From a virus (lineage: Duplodnaviria > Caudoviricetes): a DNA stretch of 63,771 bases. The stretch lies in IMG/VR virus record IMGVR_UViG_3300020474_000009, positions 1-63,771 of that record, one strand, 5' to 3'. A program made the translations under genes and the position numbers. This document shows positions 57,228-63,771 of the stretch, one piece after another (positions within the stretch are counted from its first letter, which is position 1; every line of letters begins with the position of its first letter). The notes below the pieces were generated by a model. It did not search any database, was not told where the DNA came from, and saw only the letters and a program-made list of their open reading frames with translations.

Positions 57228-60200
57228 TTACCTCCCTAGGTTCCTAGTGTCTAGCTGACTATATCCTGGTATGTAATCAGCTGCTCTCCAGTCCCAAGTT
57301 ATACCATCATATATTTTTTCTGCTGCAGGTCCTAAAGGCGGTACCCAGAAAGGTTGACCATACCTATGCCTTGCAGAGAATATAGGTAATGCTAAAGCAA
57401 AAGGACCTAGCATGCCACTTCTATCTATTATCTCTGTCATATATTGACCAGTACTCATGCTGTTTGTTTTAAAGTAATTTACTCCAGGGTCATCTCCATC
57501 AATACCGGGTAGTAACTCGGCTAGTAAATATTTAGTTAGCTCTCTGATTTCTAAACCTAGCATAGTAATAGGTACCAAAATACCCGCCATCATTAGTAAA
57601 GGCATAGCTGCTGCACCCGCCCCCTGGTTAACAAAGTTTCTATGTGATTCTTTTAGCGTTGGGAATACAATAGTTTTGCCGTATGCGTAGAAGAATGATT
57701 TAAGCTGCCATATGAGTGCATACCTAGGGTTGTTAGCATAGGTAGGTCTTTGCGCTGGGTTTGGTCTAACTATAGATTCATCTACAAACTGAGCTAACGC
57801 TTCATTTACTTTTTCTCTTGTAGCTGCATCTGCTTTACCTTCTTCCCAAGCTAATACTTGTTCTGCTGTTACGTTTAGTTCTTTTAAATACAGTTGCGCT
57901 GTACTATCACCTTTTTGTGCTTTTCGTGCGCTGTCTTGTAAGAATCTTGTACCCATGCCCGTAGCAAATACTCTAGTAAACTTAGTATAAGCTTCTAAAA
58001 GAGTTACCCTAAACCAAGTGTCAGATACGCCTTTAGCAGTCTGATTCATAAAGTTCTGTTCACCAGCAAATATAAAGAAGCTAGACATAGCATCTACGCC
58101 TATTACTCCTACTTCTCTTGCTAAATCAGCAGCTTCAGTAGGATCTTTTACCATAGTTTTTATAACACTAGCTATATCACTTATCTTGGCTGTACCTCTA
58201 GACCTTAGTACTGGCCCCGCTGTATCTTGTAAAGAAGCTAATACAGTAAAAGCTAATAAGGTTATTATATTTACTGGAAGTAAAACATTGTTTGCTAGTT
58301 TTAACCAACCCTTATCTATAGGAGGTGTCTTACCAAACATAGAATCAATTATGTTTCTTGCGTCTGTTTGTTCTGCTGGTTTTAGTTGTTCAATTAGGCC
58401 GTTTAATTTTTCTACCCCGTCTGACTGCTCAAACTCATATTTTAAAGCTAATTTATCTAGGTATTGTTGTAAACCTACTTCTGCGGGTAAAGCTAAGCCA
58501 GAATCAATTAACTGTTTATTAGTTACATTAGACCATAGCTTTTTCCTTTCTTGCATCATGCCTATGTCTATTTTATCTTGTGGGTTAAAGTCCAACTCAC
58601 CACTACCTAACTTTACAATACCATTTACTGCGTCGTGTATTTCTAAGTCTGTAGCTTTAGGATTAGCTTCTTTTAACAATTGTTTAGCTACTATTTGTAG
58701 GTTTTCGTTACCGGCTATTTCAGCAACTGCAACTACACGAGGGAAGAAATTCTTTCTTTTATCTATGCCGTATCTTTCTAACCCTAAGTCATCATATACT
58801 TCTTCTAGGTAGTTTCTTAGTTCTTGTGCTTTTGGACTTAAGTCCCTAGTACTTTTTGTATCATCTGCTGCTTCATTTACTACCTGTCTTTGCTCGTCTG
58901 TTAGAGATGAGTAAATCCAACCATCTTCAACACCTAGAATTTTAGCAACCTTGTTGTGCATAGCATTTGCTCTTCTAGTTTTTAAAGTAAATATACCTGC
59001 CCTACCAGACTCAGATACAGTTCTAGGGTCTTGGTTAAAAAAGTCTGCTATCTGTACACCTATGGGGCCATAGTTCCTAAGTCTAGTGTCAGCAGTAAGG
59101 AATATTTTTTGCATCCACGTAGGTAATTTTTTACTTCTAAATATCTTACCTGCTTGTTCCATAGCCTTTCTAATTTGTTTATCACTAGCTGTTTCTGGCC
59201 CAAGTATGCTGTCTATCATAGTTTCTATGCTAGCTTTATCTGTATAGGATGCTTGTTGATTAGCTGGATTAACTAATTTTTCCTGGAGTTCAGCTGCATA
59301 CTCTTGAAAAGACTCATCTACTTCTGTTCTTTTTCTATAAGTTTTGCTCTGGTCAAACATTTTCTTTTGTGATTTAGCTAAACGCGTAAACCAAGCTTTA
59401 GCAGGACCATTCATTTGGTCATAAGCTTTGCCATCTACTTCTAGGCCTAGTTCTTTTCTTATAGCTATACCAAACTGGTCTGCAGCAAAATTTTCAAATC
59501 CTGTTTCATTATCAGTGTATGTCTCTGGTGCACCTTCGCTTTCTCTTATTTTTTCGTACGCCTGTAATAGTTTCTTTCTGGTAGCGGGTACTTTTAAACT
59601 TTTTTCTAATTCTTGGAAAGTTAATGAATTACCTAGTTCCTTTAAGAAAGCGCTATAGTACTGTCCTTCTGATACGTTTGCATTTGTTTTCATTAAGATA
59701 ATATCAAAATCAGCGTACTGTAATGTTTTAGCTAACTTATCTTTTTGTTTATTTAGATCAGTCCTTATGTCTTCAAACTGCTTTTGATCAATACTATTTT
59801 TTATACTTGTTTTTAAAGCAGAGTCACTAAAACCTGTCTCTGCAGATATTATATGTAAGTTTGTAGTTAGGCCTAGATTCCTAGCCCCGGCTAGTAGATT
59901 TGTTATTATTTGTTTTCTAAACGGTAAGTTTTGTCTTCTTTGTTCTGGTCTTTTATACTCTTTTCCTGCTAACTTCTTTTCTTTCTGTAATATTTTTTCT
60001 CGGAAGTCTACAACTGTTACACTTTTATATTTTGTATTGTCCTTAAATTTAGGTGGTATGCCTCTGCTCATATCAGCATACCTATCTCTACCTACAAATT
60101 CTTTTCCTTGCTGTGCTTGGTAGTTTTGGAATACATCGTTGTCTTGGACATCTCCTTTTGTATTTGTGTTATCTACTGGCTGCCCTGCACTAACATCGTC

Positions 60201-63200
60201 TGTCATGTATAAACCAGTTTCATCTAAAGAAGGTGTCTGTCTCTCCATGTCAATAGCTGCAATATCATCTATATAGGTGCCTATTTCTGCTTCTCTGTTT
60301 ATAGTTCCCCCAGAAGTTCCAGATATTATTGATTGACCAGAATCATCTCTCATGCCTGGGTTATTTCTTAAGTCTTGTTTATTTATAGCATTTACAACTT
60401 TACCTACTTCACTTAAAAACCTTAAAAGTGTTTGGTCTTGAGCTCTTACTACACCGTATATTTTTTTAAGTTCTCCTGGAGCTTTCGAGTTATAACTTAC
60501 ATCTACAGCAGAGTGTCTAACAGTCATAGCATCTTCAGCTCTTTCCATAAGTGTTTCTAGTTCATTTAGTGTCATATCTTGCATGGTTTTAGGCGTACCA
60601 TCTTCATTTAGTTCTAAATCCTGTAGCAAAGGCGTTAAAAACTTTTTGTTTACAGCAGGAATTAAAGCAGAGGCCTCTCTTTGGTCTACTAGGTCAATTA
60701 ATGGTACGTTTATTTTTGCAAATTTATCAGAGCTAAAGAAATTACTGGCCAGCCTAGGTAAGCCAAATTCTCTTGTAAAATATTGTACTTCTTTTATAAA
60801 GTCTCCCTCTATTCTTTTAGGTATGGTAATTTTTAGCATACCTGCACCTGCTCCATCTGGTGTAGAAATTAAATGGTCTAGAGCATAGCCAAGTTGTACA
60901 TCTGGTTTCCCTCTACCTTTTTTCTTAGATGTCATATCATAAAAAGTGTTTTCAAAGGTTACACCTTCTGGGTAATACTGTAGCTTAAAGTTGTTTTCTT
61001 GTAGTATGTCTATCGCATCTAACAAAGCGTTAAGTCTTTGTGCACCCTGGTTTGCATACTCCTGTGGCTGTCTTCTTTGCTGTACTTTGGATATAGTAGA
61101 TATACCTTCTAGTAAAACTGCTATGTCTATATTAATAGGTTTTTGACTTTTAGCTTCTTTGTTTAAGTTCTGTAATTTGAAGTGTATAGGTGTATTGTAG
61201 TTTTTACCCCTAGTTCTTGCGTTTGCTTGATCTAATCGTATTTGTAAATCTGCACGTACGTTTCTAAATGTGTCTACGTTTTCTCTAGTAATCTCTCTAA
61301 ACTGTTCTGCATCGGGTTTCATTCTGACTATAACAAATCTTTTTGTTTTTACATTTCTTTCTGGCGATGTAAATGATTCGTTAGCTGCAGTAGCTGTACG
61401 GAAAGCTTGCAAGTCTCTTACTTCTACAAACCTTAAAAAGCCGGTGCCCTTTGTATTTTCTCTTTCTATTTTTGCTTTTTTTCTAAAAGTTTCTACAGCA
61501 CGTTTTGATAAGAAAGGTTTTTGTTCATTAAATTCTGTTTTTAAGGTTGTATGTATGTAAGTGTTCAAACCAGCTATAGAACGACCATCTGCTTTAGGGT
61601 CGTCTTTAGATATCTGAAACCCTTTATCTGTTTTAGGGTCTACAAATGGATTCTGTGCAGTACCAGAACCTTTCTTTGACATAACAATAGGGTCTGCTTC
61701 TTTTAGTGGCCCTTTTGCTTCTTTTTGTTGTTGGTTAAAAGTAGCTAATTCTTTTTTGTAAGCTTTATTATTTATGCCACCTTTAAAATCTTTAGGGTTA
61801 GGTTTTTGCATATCAATAGTAACGTTAGTTCTATTTAAAATTTCACTAACGCCTACAAGAGGTACATTATCTAAACTTCTACTACCAAACTCATCTCTAG
61901 CTAGACTGCTATCAATAGAGTCTGACTGTTGCATTTGGGTACCTTCTTCAGCTATTTCATCTAAAACTAGTTCTAGTTCCATAGCCATGTTGGCAAGGTT
62001 ACCTGAATTTATTCTTTGTAAGTAAGCTCTATCGGCTGCTGTAAGAGCACCAGCATTTTTTTCTGCGTTTACTAACTCTCCATATATTCTTACAAAATCT
62101 TTTCTTCTGTTACTATTTTTATCGCCTAATACGTCTAGGCCTTTTTTAGTAACTAGCGCAGCCTCGTTTACAAAAGTTACAAGTTCATTAAAATTTATTG
62201 GTAGTCTATATTCTTGTCTTAGGTAAGTATCAAACTGTTCTTGTAGTTCTTGAGATTGTTTGTATTGGCCTAATGCTTTTCTATAAGTTTCAGATTCTTT
62301 TGCAAATCTTATTTGTTCAGCTTGTGAAGCGTTGTATACCTTTAGCTGTTCTTGATATCGTCTAATTGCTATCTTGTATGCTTGTTTTTGTTCAGGGGTA
62401 GCATCTTGTTTTAAAATACCTGGCCTTGTTGGTTTTTCTACCTCTACTGCTACATCTTGGTCTAAACGTTTTGGACGCGCTGGTTTATCAGTAACTAGTC
62501 CTTTTTTAATATCAATATTTGCTGCAGTAACATCTAAATTTATTTGACCTCTATCGCCTTCTACCCCAGCATCATCGTCACTTGTGTTCATTTCCCCAGA
62601 GTCAGTTTCAAATGCTTGTTTTGTAGCTTTTAGTACGTCGGCATCTTTTGGTAATCCTTCTTGTCTAAATCTTCTATGTTGGGCCAAGCTTTGAGTTTCT
62701 ATGGTGTACCTTTTAGGATCCATAGCACCTCTTACCATTTTCATAGCATTTTCAGCTTGTTTCATATCAGTCGGGTTGTCTGACTGAGCAGATTGGTATT
62801 TAGTAAACTCTTGTTTCTCGTTATCAAAAACACCTACTACCGCATTATCTTTTGGGTCTCTAGTCCTACTGTAGCCAAGCGCTCCTGATAAAAAGTCCTC
62901 TAAAACACCAGTGTCGTATTTATAACCACTATCCATTATGTTTGCTAACCTGCCAGCTTTACGTTGGTCTGTAGTAAAGAAAGCTCCTACTGGAGTTGAT
63001 ACACTAAACAACTCTTTACCCTCAAACATTTTTTCTATATTTGCTTGTACCTTTGCAAACTCTGCCTTCGCTTCAATAGGTACAAAAACACTGTCTGCTG
63101 GATTGTTTTCATTTTGTACAAAGTCAAACTGCGTTTCTATGGCTCCTGCACGTTCACCCATAACTGCGCCCAGTGCTGCGGCTGTTTCTTTGTTAGAAAA

Positions 63201-63758
63201 AATACGCATCATTTCTCGTTCAGCTGCGTTCCTTTGCGACATATTCCTGGCTTTATTCATAACAGCTGTACCAGCACCCAAGCCGCCACCAACACCTACA
63301 CCACCCATAAGACCTGCAAATAAAGCATTTACTCTATCTATCCTTGCTTGAGCTTTCGTGTAAGTATCGTCTATTCTAAATTTTTGCTGTACGGATAACT
63401 CTTCTTGTAAAAGTTCGGCAAGCCCTTCCCCTGCTGCTGTAACAGCAGTTATAGAAGCAAAGTCTTTAAAAGCACTGCCTGGAGGTATAGGATCAAACTT
63501 AAAGGGGTCATCTCCTATTTGTTGTTTCTTGACTCTACCCGGTCTTTTAAAGGCTTTTAAAGTTGTGCCTACTGTTGCAGCTTCAGCCCCTAACCCTACA
63601 GCACCAAAAACAGTACCTTGTAAAAGAGAATCTATAGCATCTTGTTTAGTGTTCATGCCTTGGTCAACATAGTCACTAAAAGCTATACCAGTACCCATTC
63701 TTTGTTCTTGTGTAAACGCACCTAACACTGCACCCTGAGCAAATCTTTTACCACGCAT
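57228..63758 (-). CDS. Giant putative internal virion/ejection protein, C-terminal 2176 aa (N-terminus at 1113-1820)
   Basis: Long ORF; C-terminal region (QLKSFFYAYG, amphipathic helices) resembles podovirus large internal proteins; joins the left-end ORF through the terminal repeat. Confidence 0.7.
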   Translation of the reverse strand: MRGKRFAQGAVLGAFTQEQRMGTGIAFSDYVDQGMNTKQDAIDSLLQGTVFGAVGLGAEAATVGTTLKAFKRPGRVKKQQIGDDPFKFDPIPPGSAFKDFASITAVTAAGEGLAELLQEELSVQQKFRIDDTYTKAQARIDRVNALFAGLMGGVGVGGGLGAGTAVMNKARNMSQRNAAEREMMRIFSNKETAAALGAVMGERAGAIETQFDFVQNENNPADSVFVPIEAKAEFAKVQANIEKMFEGKELFSVSTPVGAFFTTDQRKAGRLANIMDSGYKYDTGVLEDFLSGALGYSRTRDPKDNAVVGVFDNEKQEFTKYQSAQSDNPTDMKQAENAMKMVRGAMDPKRYTIETQSLAQHRRFRQEGLPKDADVLKATKQAFETDSGEMNTSDDDAGVEGDRGQINLDVTAANIDIKKGLVTDKPARPKRLDQDVAVEVEKPTRPGILKQDATPEQKQAYKIAIRRYQEQLKVYNASQAEQIRFAKESETYRKALGQYKQSQELQEQFDTYLRQEYRLPINFNELVTFVNEAALVTKKGLDVLGDKNSNRRKDFVRIYGELVNAEKNAGALTAADRAYLQRINSGNLANMAMELELVLDEIAEEGTQMQQSDSIDSSLARDEFGSRSLDNVPLVGVSEILNRTNVTIDMQKPNPKDFKGGINNKAYKKELATFNQQQKEAKGPLKEADPIVMSKKGSGTAQNPFVDPKTDKGFQISKDDPKADGRSIAGLNTYIHTTLKTEFNEQKPFLSKRAVETFRKKAKIERENTKGTGFLRFVEVRDLQAFRTATAANESFTSPERNVKTKRFVIVRMKPDAEQFREITRENVDTFRNVRADLQIRLDQANARTRGKNYNTPIHFKLQNLNKEAKSQKPINIDIAVLLEGISTISKVQQRRQPQEYANQGAQRLNALLDAIDILQENNFKLQYYPEGVTFENTFYDMTSKKKGRGKPDVQLGYALDHLISTPDGAGAGMLKITIPKRIEGDFIKEVQYFTREFGLPRLASNFFSSDKFAKINVPLIDLVDQREASALIPAVNKKFLTPLLQDLELNEDGTPKTMQDMTLNELETLMERAEDAMTVRHSAVDVSYNSKAPGELKKIYGVVRAQDQTLLRFLSEVGKVVNAINKQDLRNNPGMRDDSGQSIISGTSGGTINREAEIGTYIDDIAAIDMERQTPSLDETGLYMTDDVSAGQPVDNTNTKGDVQDNDVFQNYQAQQGKEFVGRDRYADMSRGIPPKFKDNTKYKSVTVVDFREKILQKEKKLAGKEYKRPEQRRQNLPFRKQIITNLLAGARNLGLTTNLHIISAETGFSDSALKTSIKNSIDQKQFEDIRTDLNKQKDKLAKTLQYADFDIILMKTNANVSEGQYYSAFLKELGNSLTFQELEKSLKVPATRKKLLQAYEKIRESEGAPETYTDNETGFENFAADQFGIAIRKELGLEVDGKAYDQMNGPAKAWFTRLAKSQKKMFDQSKTYRKRTEVDESFQEYAAELQEKLVNPANQQASYTDKASIETMIDSILGPETASDKQIRKAMEQAGKIFRSKKLPTWMQKIFLTADTRLRNYGPIGVQIADFFNQDPRTVSESGRAGIFTLKTRRANAMHNKVAKILGVEDGWIYSSLTDEQRQVVNEAADDTKSTRDLSPKAQELRNYLEEVYDDLGLERYGIDKRKNFFPRVVAVAEIAGNENLQIVAKQLLKEANPKATDLEIHDAVNGIVKLGSGELDFNPQDKIDIGMMQERKKLWSNVTNKQLIDSGLALPAEVGLQQYLDKLALKYEFEQSDGVEKLNGLIEQLKPAEQTDARNIIDSMFGKTPPIDKGWLKLANNVLLPVNIITLLAFTVLASLQDTAGPVLRSRGTAKISDIASVIKTMVKDPTEAADLAREVGVIGVDAMSSFFIFAGEQNFMNQTAKGVSDTWFRVTLLEAYTKFTRVFATGMGTRFLQDSARKAQKGDSTAQLYLKELNVTAEQVLAWEEGKADAATREKVNEALAQFVDESIVRPNPAQRPTYANNPRYALIWQLKSFFYAYGKTIVFPTLKESHRNFVNQGAGAAAMPLLMMAGILVPITMLGLEIRELTKYLLAELLPGIDGDDPGVNYFKTNSMSTGQYMTEIIDRSGMLGPFALALPIFSARHRYGQPFWVPPLGPAAEKIYDGITWDWRAADYIPGYSQLDTRNLGR

Positions 63759-63771
63759 GTTTGACCTAAGG
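62647..63771. repeat. Right copy of imperfect terminal direct repeat
   Basis: Colinear with 1-1125. Confidence 0.95.

Noticed and set aside
57228-63758. N4-like virion RNA polymerase
   Set aside because: No T7-type polymerase motifs recognised by eye and the protein is shorter than N4 vRNAP; left as an ejection protein pending a profile search

Overview
The window is an essentially complete genome of a tailed dsDNA phage, podovirus-like and probably marine with a proteobacterial host. Positions 1-1125 are colinear with 62647-63771 but carry many substitutions, which implies a circular unit of about 62,646 bp broken inside a giant (~2,412 aa) putative internal virion gene. A + strand early/replication arm (15.7-31.6 kb) encodes a MoxR-type AAA+ ATPase with a vWA partner, two Nmad5-like paralogues, family A DNA polymerase, a CsrA homologue, primase-helicase, a PD-(D/E)XK nuclease, an SNF2 helicase and an SSB-like protein. 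A long - strand late arm encodes terminase, portal, scaffold, an N4-gp56-type capsid, adaptors, ejection proteins, tail/fibre and lysis genes. Two accessory systems stand out. (1) A collagen-like fibre is followed directly by two 2OG-Fe(II) hydroxylases and a GT25 + PLOD-glycosyltransferase + lysyl-hydroxylase fusion, an animal-like collagen modification pathway, with a GalE-like epimerase elsewhere. (2) An interlocked CsgF/CsgG/curlin-like/FecR/CHASE2-adenylate-cyclase cassette looks like a trans-envelope signalling unit. Non-coding signals include a TGGAACC iteron-like array, duplicated promoter motifs, a repeat-containing capsid-gene leader, AACGA-repeat leaders and CsrA-type hairpin ribosome-binding sites. 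No integrase, RNA polymerase, tRNA or CRISPR array was recognised. All calls come from manual motif reading, not database searches.
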